Assembly (NCBI RefSeq): GCF_009914755.1
Contig: NC_060935.1
DNA from: the human T2T-CHM13v2.0 reference genome, Homo sapiens
DNA: 64,000 nt
Direction: 5' to 3' (one strand)
The position numbers were made by a program, and so were the translations under genes. Shown here piece after piece: positions 26,989 to 40,400 of this stretch. The notes beneath the pieces are model-generated. The model was given only the letters and a program-made list of their open reading frames with translations. It did no database searches and was not told the origin of the DNA. Numbering within the stretch: the stretch's first letter is position 1; each line of letters opens with the position of its first letter.

Positions 26989-28006
26989 AAAATTTCCAGC
27001 CTTTCTCAATTGCACTGTCAAGTTCCAAGATGACCCTTGGAACATAAAATTTTCATATGAGCCTCATGCTCATTGGAATATGATTCCCCTGCCTTGCATT
27101 TGGCTTTTCAAAGAATTGGTCTTCATGTTTGTACTTTGTGGATTCATAGAGATTTAGATGAAGGATGCTTTTCTCTTGCTTCTCAGCTCCTTTCTGCTTT
27201 GCTAGGCTACATAGTAGATTCTCCGTTTTGGAATTGAAGGTAGTTTTCACTCTGTGCCAGACTCTGTGTATGTGCATTTGTGTATCTATACATGAGAGAG
27301 AGGAGAAAGCACAGTATTTTTTTAGAAGAATGTCAGGTCCAGGTGGCCACAGTTCATTGGTATCTGTGCTTCCTGTCCAGAGGGACCTCATTCCAGAAGT
27401 CTTAAATGCAGAAATGCTTTCCTCCATCCACTAAAGTTGGAAAAGCTCTAGCCTGAGTCAGTTCTTCACATTAACAACCACACATTATTTTTTAAGCTTT
27501 ATTGATATACAACTTTCATACCATAACAGCGACGCACTTAAAAGGTACAATTCAATGGTTTTTAGTTGATTCACAGAGCTGTGCACTCATTACCACAATC
27601 TAATTTTAGAACATTTTCATCACTCCCAAAAGAAACCCTGTACCCACTAGCAGTCATTCCCTATTTCCCATCCCCACACTCAGACCCAGCCCTAGGCAAC
27701 CTCTAATCTACTTTCTGTCTCTATAGACTTCTCTGTTCATACAAATCAAATGATACAACATTTTGTGTCTGACTTCTTTCACTTAGTATAATGTTTTCAA
27801 GATTTATCCATGTTGTAGCATGTGCCAGTATTTTGTTCCTTTTTATGGCTGAATAAATATATCATTCCATAGATATACCATATTTGTTTATCCATTCATC
27901 AGTTGATAGACATTTGGATTATTTTCACTTTTTGCCATTATAAATAATATTGCTATAACCATTTGTGTACAAGTTTTTGTGTAGATATGTGTTTTCAATT
28001 ATCTTG

Positions 28007-28010
<4 letters not shown>

Positions 28011-28051
<41 letters not shown>

Positions 28052-28250
28052 ATACACACACACATAAATATATATATATATAAAATCTACATATACACAC
28101 AGATACAAAATATGCGTGTGTGTATATATATATATAATCTCCAAGAATGTATATGTGTATATATACACAAAATATACATATGTGTGTGTGTGTGTGTGTG
28201 TATATATATCTATATAAAATCTCCAAGAATGAATATATACATATATATTC
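28011..28250. repeat. Complex (TA)n/(CA)n/(TG)n microsatellite inside the L1
   Basis: (TA)16 at 28011-28042 followed by mixed blocks. AATCTCCAAGAATG occurs twice. Confidence 0.92.
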
Positions 28251-28349
28251 ATTCCTAGAATTGAAATTACCTGGTCACATAAACTTTATGCTTAAAATTT
28301 TGAGGAACTCCCAAAATGTTTTCCAAAGTGATGGTACCATTTTATATTT

Positions 28350-28715
28350 TGCTATGATCTGAATGTTTATTTTGCCCCAAAATTCATATGTTGAAATCTA
28401 ATCACCAAGGTGATGTCTTTAGAAGGTGGGGCCCTAGGGAGGTGGATAGGTAATGAGGCCTTTGTCCTCATGAATGGAATTAGAGCCTTTTTATAAAGAG
28501 GGCTCAGGGAGCTAGTTAGCCCCTTTTACCATGTGAGGACACAGCAAGAAGTCAGGAGGCTGCAACCCAGAAGAGAGACTTCACCAGACAGAACCCCATC
28601 AAGCTGGCACCCTGATCTTGGACTTCTCACCCTCCAAAACTGTGAGAAATTTCTGTCGTTTAAAAGCTACCCAGTTTTGTTTATTTTGTTATGGCAGCCG
28701 AGATGAACTAAGACA
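28350..28715 (+). mobile_element. MLT1A/MSTD-type MaLR solo LTR nested in the L1
   Basis: TGCTATGATCTGAATG...AAAATTCATATGTTGAAATC...GAACTAAGACA. L1 sequence resumes on both sides. Confidence 0.9.
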
Positions 28716-30864
28716 CATTCTCTTCAATAGTGTATGAGGATTCCAACTTCTCCACATCCTCACCAACACTCATTATCCTAGTGGGTGTGAAGCCATATCT
28801 CATTGTGGTTTTGATTTACATTTCCCAAATGGCTAATTATGTCCAGCATCCTTTCATGTGGTTACTGAACATTTGTATATCTTCTTCAGAGAATTTGTCT
28901 ATTGAGATGTTTTGCCTATTTTTTAATTGTGTCATTTATCACCTTTACTATTGCATTATGAGTTTTTGTAAATTCTGGATATTAACCCCTTACCAGATAA
29001 ATGACTCCCAAATATTTTCCCCAATTCATTGGATTATCATTTCAAGAGAATACTCGTTGAATAGTATTCTTTGATATACAAAGTTTTAAATTTGATCAAA
29101 TCCAATTTATCCATTTTTTTTTGTCACTGTGCTTTTGATGTCATACCTAAGTGGCCTTTGCCTAATCTAAAGTCACAAAGATTTAGGTTTGTCTTCTTCT
29201 AAGAGTTTTATGATTTTATCTCTTATATTTAGTTCTATGATCCATTTTGAGTTAGTTTTTGTGGATAGAGTGAGATGGGGGACAACTTTACTCTTAACAT
29301 GTAGATATCCAGTTGTTCCAGCACCATGTGTTAAAAGACTATTCTTTCCCCCCTTTAAATTGTTTGAGCATCCTTATCAAAATAAAATTGACCATAAATT
29401 TAAGCACTTAATTCTGGACTGTCAATTCTATTCTGTTGATCAGTGTGTCTGTCCTCATGCCTGTATCACACTGCCTTAATTACTGTAGCTTCACAGTACA
29501 TTTTCAGATCAAAAAAATGTGAGTTGTCCATTTTGTTTTTGTTTTTCAAGATTATTTGGCTAGCCTGTATACCTTAAATTTCCATCAGAATTTTAAGATA
29601 AGCCTGTCAATTTCTGTGTAAAAGCCAGCTGGGATTTTGATAAAGATATCTGAAGTATTGCCATCTTAACAATATTAAGTCTTGCAGTCCATGAACATGA
29701 GATGTCTTCCCATTTATTTAGGTCTTCTTTAACTTTTTCAACAATGTTTTGTAGTTTTCAGAGTATGAGTTTCTGCACTTTTTTCTTAATTTCTTCCTAA
29801 GCATTTTATTCTTTTTGATTCCATTATACATGATTTTTTATAGTTTGTTTTCAGATCGCCCACTGATAGTGATAGAAATACAATTTGTTTTTTTATATTG
29901 ATCTTATATCCTGTAACCTCACTGAACTCACTTACTAGTTCTAACTGATTTTTAGTGGATTCCCTAGGATACATGATTATGTCATCTGCAAACAGAGATA
30001 GTTTTACTTTCTTTAAAACATCTGGTATAATATTAAATAGGCGTGATGACAGCAGATATGCTTCTGTTGTTCCTGATACTGAATGATCTTAATGGTCATT
30101 CAGTCTTTGACCATTAAGTATGATGTTAGTTGTGGGATTTTTTGTAGATGTTCTTCATCAGGTTGTTGAAATTATCTTCAATTCCTAGTTTATTGAGTGT
30201 TTTCATCCAGAAAGGGTAGATTTTGTCAAATGCTTTTTCTGCATCTTTTGAGATGATCATGCGGTTTTTATACTTCATCAATATTTTATGTGTAACACTA
30301 ATTTTTAGATGTTAAACCAACCAGGAATTCTTGGAATAAATCTCACTCATTATGGTGCATGGTCCTGATTATATGTTGCTGAATTCAGTTTGCTACTGCT
30401 TTGTTGTAGATTCTTGTTTCTATATTCATAGGAGATATGGTCTGAGGTTTTCTTTCATTATGACATTTTTGTCTGGTTTTGATATCAGGGTTACACTGGC
30501 TTCATAAAATGAGTTGACAAGTGTTCCTTTTCTATTTTTCAGAAGAGTTTATGAAGAACTGGTATTGATTATTCCTTAAATGTTTAGTAGAAGTTACCCA
30601 GTAAAGCCATTTGGACCTGGACTTTTCTTTGGGAGAATTTTTTAAATCACTAATCAATCTCTTTACTTGTTAAGAGGCCTATTTATATGTTCTATTTCTT
30701 CTGTTGTTCACTTTGGTAGTTTGCATCAGTCTAAGAATTGGTCCATTTTATTTAAGTTGCCTAATAATTTTTTTGGTATATCATTTTATTATAATCCTTC
30801 TTTATTTCTAAGGTCAGTTGCAATGTCCTCCCTTTCATCCCTAATTTTAATAATTTGAGTATTC

Positions 30865-31160
30865 TTTTTTTTTTTTTTTGAGACAGAATCTCACTCTGTC
30901 ATCCAGGCTAGAGTGCAGTGGAGCGATCTGGGCTCACTGCAAGCTCCACCTCCCAGGTTCATAGCATTCTCCTGCCTCAGCCTCCTGAGTAGCTGGGACT
31001 ACAGGCGCCTGCCACCACGCCCGGCTAATTTTTTGTATTTTTAGTAGAAATGGGGTTTCACCGTGTTAGCCAGGATGGTCTCGATCTCCTGATCTCATGA
31101 TCCACCCGTCTCGGCCTCCCAAAGTGCTGGGATTACAGGCGTGAGCCACCGCGCCTGACC
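30865..31160 (-). mobile_element. Full-length AluY nested in the L1, perfect TSD
   Basis: TSD AATAATTTGAGTATTC at 30849 and 31161. Y diagnostics GCAAGCTCC and CCGTGTTAGCCAGGATGGTCTCGATC. Confidence 0.95.
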
Positions 31161-31361
31161 AATAATTTGAGTATTCTTTTTGCCTTTGTCAGTCTATCTA
31201 AAGTTCTGTCCATTTTATTGACCTTTTCAAAGAACCAACTTTTGGTTTTATTGATCTTCTCTATTGGCTTTCTATTCTCCATTTATTTCAGTGCTAATCC
31301 TTACCTTTCTTCCACTTGCTTTAGGTTTAGTTTGCTCTTCTTTTTGCAGTTTCTTAAGGTT

Positions 31362-31886
31362 GCAGTAATCTATAACAAATTACTATAATCTATAATAAAT
31401 TACTATAATCTATAATAATCTATAACAAATTATAACTGTAATCTATAACAAATTATTATAAACCCAATGGCTTAAAACAACAGAAACTTATTCTCTAACA
31501 ATTCTGGAGGCCAGAAGTCCAAAATTAGTCTTACTCGAGGCAAAATCAAGGTGTCAGCAGGGCTATACTTCTTTGCAGGCTCTAGAGGAGAATCTGTTCC
31601 TTGCTTCTTCCAGCTCCTGGTAGCTGCCAGCATTCCTTGATTTGTGATTGCATCACTCCAAAATCAGCCTTCATTTTCATGTGTGTGTAACCTTCCTCTG
31701 CTTCTCTCTTAGGAGGTTACTGATTATCAAATTTAGGGCTCATCTGAATAATCCAGGATAAACCCATCATCTCAAAACCTTAACTAATTCACATTTGCAA
31801 AGAGTCTTTTTTCAAATAAAATATTTACCAGTCCCAGGGATTGGAACATGGATATCTTTTGGAGAAACTTTTGTCAACCTATCACA
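31362..31886 (-). mobile_element. MLT1C-type LTR nested in the L1
   Basis: GGCTTAAAACAACAGAAACTTATTCTC...TTCTGGAGGCCAGAAGTCC...AATCAAGGTGTCAGCAGGGC...CAACCTATCACA. Confidence 0.88.
31366..31461. repeat. AT-rich minisatellite, about 5 imperfect copies of TAATCTATAACAAATTACTA
   Basis: Read directly. Confidence 0.85.
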
Positions 31887-32952
31887 GCTAGGTAATTAAG
31901 ATATTTTTTCTTTTTCAATATAGACATTTATAGTTATACATTTCCCTTTAAATACTACTTTATCTGCATAAGTTTTGTATGTTGTGTTTTCATTTTCATT
32001 CACCTCAAAATAGTGTGCAATTTCCCTTTTCTTCTTCTATCCCTTGGTTATTTAGGAGTATGTTATCTAATATCCATGTATTTTTTAATTTTCTAGATTT
32101 CCTGCTGTTATTGGTTCAATTACATTTCACGTGGCCAGAGAATGTACTTTGTTCATTTTAAAGGATGAGTTCAATCCTTTGAAATTTATTCAGGCTTGTT
32201 TTATGGCCTAGTGTATGGTGTATTCTGGATAATTTTCCATATATGCTTGAAAAAAATGTGTATTCTGCTGTTATTAAATGGAGTGAATTATAAGTGTCTA
32301 TTAGGTCTAATTGGTTTATACTTTTGTTCAAGTCTTCTATATCATCATTAGTACATCTGCCTAATTGTTCTACCCATTATTTAAAGAAAGTATGGAAGTC
32401 TCCAACTATTAATGTTGAATTGTATATTTCTCTGTCAAGTTTTTCCATTTTTTGCTTCATGTATTTTAGTGGTCTGTGGTTAAGGTGCATATGTGTTTAT
32501 AATTTCTATATCCTCCTTATGGATTGATCCTTTTATCATTATAAAATTTTGCTCTTTATCTCTAGTAACTTTTTGGTGTTTTAACGTCAATTTTGTCTGA
32601 TATTAAATATAGCCCCTCCAGATTTCTTACAATTACTGTTTGCATTGTGTATCTTTCTTCATCCTTTCTCTTTCAAATTATTTATATCTTTGAATCAAAA
32701 GTGTGTCTCCTGTAGACAGTGTGTAGTTGCATCTTGTGTTTTCATCCAATCTGACAATCTCAACATTCTAATTGGATCATTTAATCCATTCATATTTAAT
32801 GTTAATATTAATATAGTTGGGTTTATATCTGAAATTTTACTTTTTGTTTTCTATATCTCATATATTTTTTGTTCCTCCTTTCCTTAGTTTCTTGTGCACT
32901 AAGTCAATATTTTCTTGTACATTTTAATTTCCTTAATAATTTTTAACATTTC

Positions 32953-33122
32953 TTTTTTCCCAGCTTTACTAAAGTAGAATTTACCAATAAAAATTATATA
33001 TATTTACAGTGTATGATGTGATGCTTTGATATATGAATACATTGTAAAGTGATTCAATCAAGTTAACATACTCATCACCTCACATACTTATCTTTTTTGT
33101 GATAAGAACATTTAGAATATCT
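32953..33122 (-). mobile_element. Short L1MA-type 3' end nested in the older L1
   Basis: CAGCTTTACTAAAGTAGAATTTACCAATAAAAATTATATATATTTA...CATCACCTCACATACTTATC. Confidence 0.7.
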
Positions 33123-34919
33123 TTAACTCTACTTCTTGAGTTATTTTCTTAGTGGTTGGTCTGAAGCTTACAATATACCTCTTGACTCATCCAAGTCCAT
33201 TAACTTAATTCTAGTGAAATATAGAAAATTTAGTCCTATATAATTCTATTCCCTCCTCCATATTTTTGTGCTTCCTGTTAATATATATTACATTTCTATA
33301 TAAGCTCAGCAGTACAATAATTTGCATTTTTATGCAATTCCTTTCTAAATCAGTTAAGAGAAGAAAGGAGGAGAAATATACAAATACGTTGTTTTTTATA
33401 ATGGCTTATATAATTACCTTTAGTGGTGCTCTTTGTCTCTTCTGTGAATTTGAATTACTGTCCTGTGTGACTCACATTCAGCCTGAAGAACAATCTGTAG
33501 TATTTCTTGTAAGATGGACCTGATAACAACAAATTCTGTTTTTGTTTTTCTGGTAATGACTTTATTTTGTATTCATTTTGTCTTCAACTATTCTTTTGAA
33601 GAATAGTTTTGCTGTGTAATGATTCTTGGTTAACTTTTTTTTCTTTCAGCACTTTGAATATATCATCCCACTGCCTTTTATCCTCCATTGTTTCTGATGA
33701 GAATTCAGCTGCTAATCTTATCAGTATTCTCTTGTAGGTGATAAGTGGTCTTTCTGTTACTGCTTCCAAGATTTTCTCTCTCTTTAGCTTTCAAAATTTC
33801 AACTATGATGTGTCTGGATGTGGCTTTGTTTTTATCCTATATGAACCTTGTTGAGCTTCTTGGATATAAAGATTAATATTCTTTCTCAAATTTGGGGAGT
33901 ATTTGGCTATTATTTCTTCATATATTTTTTGGCTTCTTTCTTCTTTCATTCAAGTATTCCCATTAAACTTAACATTGCTGTATTTAATGGTGTTCCATGT
34001 TTTTCTAAAGCTCTGCATATTTTTATTCATTCTCTTTTTCTCTTTTTTTCAGATGTGGTAATCTCTATTGATCTATCTTCAAATTTGCTGATACTTTCTT
34101 CTGCCAACTCAAATATATTTTTAAGTGCCCCAGTGATTTTTTCTTTTCATTTCTTAAACATTTCAAGTCCCAAATTTCCACTTAACTATTTTCATAACTT
34201 ATATCTTTTTATTGGTATTACCTATTGGTAAGACATTTTCATGATGCCTTTAATTTTTTCAGCATAGTTTCCTTTAGTTCTTTGAACAAATATATAATAG
34301 CTACTTTGCTGTCTTTTTCTGGTAAGTCTCACATCCAGGTCCCCTGAAAGACAATTTCTATGATCTGCTTTGATGTCTCTTAAATTTCTGTTGAAAACCA
34401 GACATTTTAGATACTATATTTTAGACACTTTGAATACTGATTAATCCCCCACCCAAGGACTTCTTGTTGTTGCACTATATACTTGTTTACTTGTTTACCG
34501 CATTGGATGGGCTACTTCAGTGAAGTCCTTTTCCCCCAACAGTGTGTAGTCTCTAATACTACTTCTTGAAGGTGAAACCTTAGGCATGTGCACAGTGTCC
34601 TGATTCTCCCTATCGAACCCCCTAGGATGACAGTGATTTTAGCAGAGCTCCTTTTAACTGTCTCTATTGCTTATCTCCCTGTTACATTTCTGGCTGGACT
34701 GCCCGATTGGTTTCACCTCCAGCTGTTAGCCTCCACTAGTTGCTACCTGATTGCTCTATTATTTTCAACGGTGCCTTTAGGCATAAATTGCTCCACAGTC
34801 TGATCCAATTAAATTTGGGTTTGGGGGTTCTTTTGGCAGGGATTTTCTTTGAGGCCAGTTTTTGAGGCTTTCTTTGACCATAGGAAATGTCTCTTTCTTT
34901 GATTATGTCTGTTAAACTA

Positions 34920-35134
34920 CAGTAAGTCCTCACTTAACATCATCAATAGATTCTTGGAAACTGTGACTTTAAGCAAAATATAACATATAACAAAACCTGT
35001 TTTTTTCTCATCAATGTTATAACAAAACAACATTGAAGGAAATGACGTTATTTGAGGACCTGCCTGATTTGCTTAAAGTCACAATTTCTAAGAACCTATC
35101 AACAGCATTACTGTGTTGATAGGAGAACTTACTG
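34920..35134. mobile_element. MER6B-like Tigger MITE (palindromic)
   Basis: TA|CAGTAAGTCCTCACTTAAC...TTCTTGGAAACTGTGACTTTAAGC and the inverse GCTTAAAGTCACAATTTCTAAGAACCTATC...ACTTACTG. Confidence 0.85.
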
Positions 35135-37056
35135 TGCTAGGTCGTCTAGCTGGCCTACTCTGTTTGTTTTGTTGCTATTATGGAGCTACTAACCTCCTCT
35201 TAAATGCTCGGAAATTGCTTTTATGCTTGGACCTCCTCATACTCCATTCCAAATAAAGTCAAAAGCTACAAATCTCTGTGTTCCTACAGCCTGCCCCTAT
35301 CCCTGGGCAGAATATCTTTACCACTGCTCTGGAGTTGTAAGTAGGAATAGCAGCCTAATTCTTTCTCCCAGAGTGACATCCCTGCTGTATGAGTAGGGTG
35401 CTGGGTGGAGATGGTAGTCACTGATCTTCTTGAATTGTCTCTCCTGTTATGAAACCTCCACCCTACATGTGAGCCAGGGATAGGGGCAATCAGGGCCTAG
35501 TATTCTCAACACAGGGTAAAGCTTCCACCCTGTAAGTAGGGGCAGCCCCAGACCACTCAACCATGCTCTGCAACACAGAGCTGGGAGACATGAGAAATCC
35601 TGGTGGCCTGGCCCTTCTGGGAGAGAAATATAGCCCTAGAGTGGAAGTTGTGGGAAAGCAGCACCCCGTCTTCTTGTCCATATCTGTCCAGAGGAGAGCT
35701 TCTGTTTTATTGAGCTGGAATTGGGGGAGGAAGGGCAATTATGGCTCAAATGTCCCAGACTCTTGTTATTACTAAAATTTAGTAGATTTTCTTGAATAAG
35801 TGTTTCTTCATTTTATGTATCTCATCAGGGCAATTTCCAGGGACTTTAGATGGGTGTTGTTTAATAATTTTTACCAGTTATGTTGTTTCACTGGGCAAAG
35901 GACCCACAGAGCTCCTCACACTGCCATTCCAGTTCTTCCCTAACCCCCTGTGATTTGCACTGCAAAAAAAGAGAGAATCATTTAGAGAACAGCTGGCTCT
36001 ATTGATCAGTGCTCTGTTTACTTCACTTTGACCATATTTTCTGAATTAAAAATAAGGGTGTATGGTCTGGCAAGAGCTTTGTGCTGCTTCCAGGTACAGG
36101 AGTCAAAATGGGTGGTAAACTTTGGAAATACTAGAATTTATGATTCATTTACATGGTTTCTAGGGAAAATAGATCAGAATATTTAAAATTGGGTTGTCCC
36201 ATATAACCTGAGAATATTAAATTGCTAAAAACTCTGGTTATCCTGAAAAGTTCAAAGGGACTATTGGCTGGTACAAAGTCTTCTTTGAAAGGAGGCAATT
36301 CTAAGTTATGTCTTCCCATCAACTACTTCAATTTGTGTTTGGTGCTTCTCCCAAGACAATTTATTTCTAATGAGAATTCAACATGGAGAAAACTGGGCTG
36401 TAAACAAATAATACCCAACAGCCAAGACTAAGTGTTGCCACATAAGAACCGTCCTCCAAGGCTGTAAACAGATTGTTTTGCTCCAACACTGGCTCAGTTA
36501 CCACCTCAGCGTTCAGAATCTAGAGAGTTTTCTAGATCTGAGCAGATTTCTCAGCTAAAGCCTAACTGTATGTATGTGGCCAAAGGGAGTGTGGCCTGCC
36601 AAAGGTGGGGGAATGTATAGGGCTTTCTCTGAGACTTCATTCCCATATTTTCCTAAAATCAAACTTTGAAGTCTGCAAGGAAATCCAGTTTTGAAATGAT
36701 ACACAGCACCCACCCCCTCAACCATCAGAGCAACATACCCTCCCTGGAAATATGCATCTGCCTAATTGCTTGAGATTGTGTCCAAACTGAATATTCATAA
36801 TCTTCATGTTGCCACAAAGGCTATATTTTTAAATGTTTCCATTCCATATTTAAAACTCATTTTCTCTCCCTAAAAAGATCTATGGATTTTATTGGATCCA
36901 GTGTTATTTGAGACATCTGGCTAGCTGGGGACTGCATGGACTAAGGTCTCCCAAGAGGGGAAAAGGGGGACAGAAATTACTGAAATCAGAGTTATTACAA
37001 AGCATAACATTTGCTATCATAAATAAATGTGTCTTATGCATATATGTGTAACCACT

Positions 37057-37417
37057 TGCCATGATCTAAATGTCTGTATCCCTTCCCCAAATCCATATGT
37101 TGAAATCCTAACCCCTAAGTTGATGGAATTAGGAGGTAGGGCCTTTGGGAGGTGATAAGGCCATGAGGGTGGACCCTCATGAATGGGATTACTGTTCTTA
37201 TGAAAGGAACCTCAGAAAGCTGTTTTGTCTATTCTACCATGTGAAACACAAAGGTGCCATCTACGAGCAAGAAATTGGGCCCTCACCAAACACAGAATCC
37301 GCTATGCCTTAATTTTGGACTTCCCAGCCTCCAGAACTGTGAGGAAATAAGTGTCTGTTATTAATACACCACACAGTTTATGGTATTTTGTTATAGCAGC
37401 CCAAATAGACTAAGATA
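37057..37417 (+). mobile_element. MLT1A-type solo LTR with a 5-bp TSD
   Basis: TSD CCACT at 37052 and 37418; GGGCCTTTGGGAGGTGAT...GACTTCCCAGCCTCCAGAACTGTGAG. Confidence 0.92.
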
Positions 37418-40400
37418 CCACTTTTCAAAGATTGTGTTGGTTTGGTTAGTAAGTTAAAAATCCATTAAGAGCATTATTGAATGTCTTATTCTCCTTCATT
37501 GTGCATGGTCTCCATCAGTGGCACTGTGCTGACCACGCCATCCACACAGCTGGGTCTCAGTTTCAGAATCAGTGAAGTGAGGCAGGCTCACTATTCAGGT
37601 AGCCCATTCCTGATCCCACACTGCTGGAGAGTGGGGAAGGACAGGGTGGACAAGCGATCTACATCCAGCCCTAGACACCCAGGCAGCTTCTGGCAACACC
37701 AGTAAGAGGCAGCACCAGGATTTGAGGCAAGTCCAAGTGACTCCAGACCCCGCCTGGCACCAAGTCTGCATGGCGGAGAGAAGGGTGATGTGGATCAGAA
37801 TGCAGCCTTAGCAACCAGAATGCAGAGCACCATTTCAGAGCTTTGAGAAGCTTCCTGGATTTTGCTCCTGTTTTCTCAAACTGGCAAAACCCAAAAGGCA
37901 AAGAGAAAGGGATAAGGAATTTGGGAAGCTTTTCTGCCCCAGGGAAGAATCAGCCTCAATGACAGTTTGGTATTAACTAGCTCAGCCATGCAGGGAGGCA
38001 TAATTAGTTTCCCGGCCCATAGCTTCATTCCACTGGTCCCCCACACCCCAAAGGCTACACAATCTGTTTGAAATGAAAAGGAAAATAAAATCACTGCTCT
38101 CCTCGGTTGACCCACTGGCTATTGCTCCTGGCCGTGAGTCTGCGGAGGTAAAAAAAAAGAATGGAATAGTCCTTTTTAAATGACATTTTCAATTTTTCCC
38201 CTATGTCTACTATGCCCTCTTCCACGCTACTGCCTAAATGACTCTTTTCAAATTGAAAATATCAGAGAATAATAGGAAAAGAAAAATCATAGTTGTCTGA
38301 GGCTCCGGCTAATGGGCTGTGCTGTCCCGACAGGCAGAGTCTGAGGAGGAACTTTTACTGTGTCCGTTTCCTGTCTGGGGAAAGTGGAGAAGGGTCTGTG
38401 GTGCCAAACTCAGACCCACACTCATGGGTGGGTGATTCCCCAGGTGGCCAGCAGATAACTTGGAGTTCCAGGCTGCCCACCTTGACACCTGGGCCATCTC
38501 CTCAAGGGATTTCCACAGGCAAGCAAGAAACACCCTCTTCTGATCTCCGGGTTGCCCTCTCTCAGCTCCCTCTCCTCACTGCAGACCTTTCCCGACACCT
38601 GTCTCCTGAGTGCGAAACAGCAAGTCCTAACTTGCCAGGCCGCCAGTCACCGCCACCCTGAAGACACAGGTGGTGGAGTCCATTCTGAGGTTCTCACAGA
38701 CCTCGGGGTGAACAGGAGGCCCTCTGTTTCTGCTTCAGAGGGAAAGCCAGAGGCCAACTTCCCTTTACCTCTGGGGTCCCAAGCACTCTGTTTCCTTTCT
38801 TGGAAATGAAGCTATGCTTTCTCCTTTCTAGTGACTCTTCAGGTGTCAATTAAAATGACTTCAATGCTGTCTCTCCTCTTGAAGCAGAAATGCCCTGCTT
38901 ACCTGCATCTTTTCTGGCATTATTCTCTGCTTTTCGTGCAGTTTACTTTTTACCTTCTGCACCCACTAGATTGTTTTAGTTTGAAAGTGACCACAAGTGA
39001 CAGCTTTATTAAAATGAAGATGTCGAGGGTCCCTTGAAGGCTTCAGGCTTCTCTCACCAGCTGATCCCTGGGAGAGCTCAGTGTGGAAAGCACACTGCAC
39101 ACACGCTCATGCGCACACACACACACCACTGAGCTTCAGCTTCCCTTTGATTAAATCTTGACACAGTAATGTCAGCTGTGAGGGGCTATGAGAGAGACCC
39201 CAGAAGCATGAGCGTTCCTGTCCCTGACCCAAAAGCATAGCATAGAACAGCCTCTCAGAAGCCATCCCCAAAGCCAGAATGAAAACCAGCTCTTCTGTCC
39301 CTGGGCTTCCCTTCCAGGCAGTCTTAAAGCCAGAGGTCTGGATGTGAATCCTAGCACCACCTCTTACTGAGAGGTTTTAGGCAGCTGGTTTATTTATTCA
39401 TGTGTTTACTCAGCAAACTCCTACCTAGCCCCTACTGTATACCTGGCACTGTGTGACAAACTGGAAAACAGGAAAAACCGGACCCAGTCTCCACCTTTAA
39501 GTAACCCACAGTCTAATGAGAAAAGCAGACTAATAATTACAGGACAGTATGATTTTCTCATCTGTAAAATGGGGCTAATTATCTCACAGCCTTATTTTAA
39601 GGATTAAATAATATGAAGTGGATTAAACAGTGCTAAACATCTGGTACATGGCTGATAAATGTGAATTTTCTCTCTTTTTTCCTCTCCTTGACATAAAATA
39701 TCTGCCCCTCCTCTATCCGAATCATCACTCTGGTTTGAGGGGCTGAGAAGAAGCTCTGTTCCCAGATACGGAGGCAGCATCACTAGGAGCTGTTGGACCC
39801 GAAGTCAGGCTCTGGTCAGCAGGCCAGGGAGAGGAGATCCCATCCAAGGGAGACCCTGAAAAGCTGCCCACCTCTTTGTCCCATAAGCACCTGGTTTCAT
39901 CTGAGGACAAACAAGTAAGGATTTTCCTTCCTGGTGCACACGTTTCTCCTGAAGTTGAGGGAAGTAACTGGATGTAGAGGAAAATTGTCTAGACTTCAAA
40001 TCAGGATCCCTAGACCCTATCCAGGGCCTCCAGGACCCAGTAGAGGCTCCTCAGGGTAGTCCTCAAGTTGCATTGGGTCTTGGATCCTTCAGCAAACAGT
40101 TTGAGGGTGAGGATGCTGATGTTATTTGCAACTCTAACATGGTCTGATTTTAACTAGAGAGCCTTCAGACAAGAGCCTTCACCAGTGGGATATGATGTGA
40201 GAACTGCAAAAGTAGGAAGGTTTACCCTTCTTTGTTGATATGTGAGGAAAGAGAAAGCAACTGCACTGAGCTGCGCAACACAATACTAGAAGTTTCCACT
40301 ATTGACCAGAGTGAAAGAAGACATTTAATTTTCTGTTTACAAAAATCAATGCATACTTTCTGTGCTTCTAAAGTAATTACAAACTCGAAAATACTTATGC

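Larger units (their letters stand above)
27488..35930 (-). mobile_element. Near full-length old L1M (L1MB-like 3' end), decayed, with nested insertions
   Basis: L1MB-type 3' UTR at about 27490-27950. ORF2 RT remnant PRESTKNQLELVSEFSEVTGYKINIKKQIVFL (29786-29974). ORF1 remnant IRLAAEFSSETMEDKRQWDDIFKVLKEK (33584-33769). 5' region extends to about 35.9 kb (boundary approximate; could be two joined elements). Confidence 0.85.

Noticed and set aside
27965-28362. YI/HT/CV-repeat ORFs
   Set aside because: Translations of the dinucleotide microsatellite.
31366-31461. CRISPR-like periodicity
   Set aside because: Head-to-tail minisatellite with no unique spacers, in a eukaryotic context with no cas genes.
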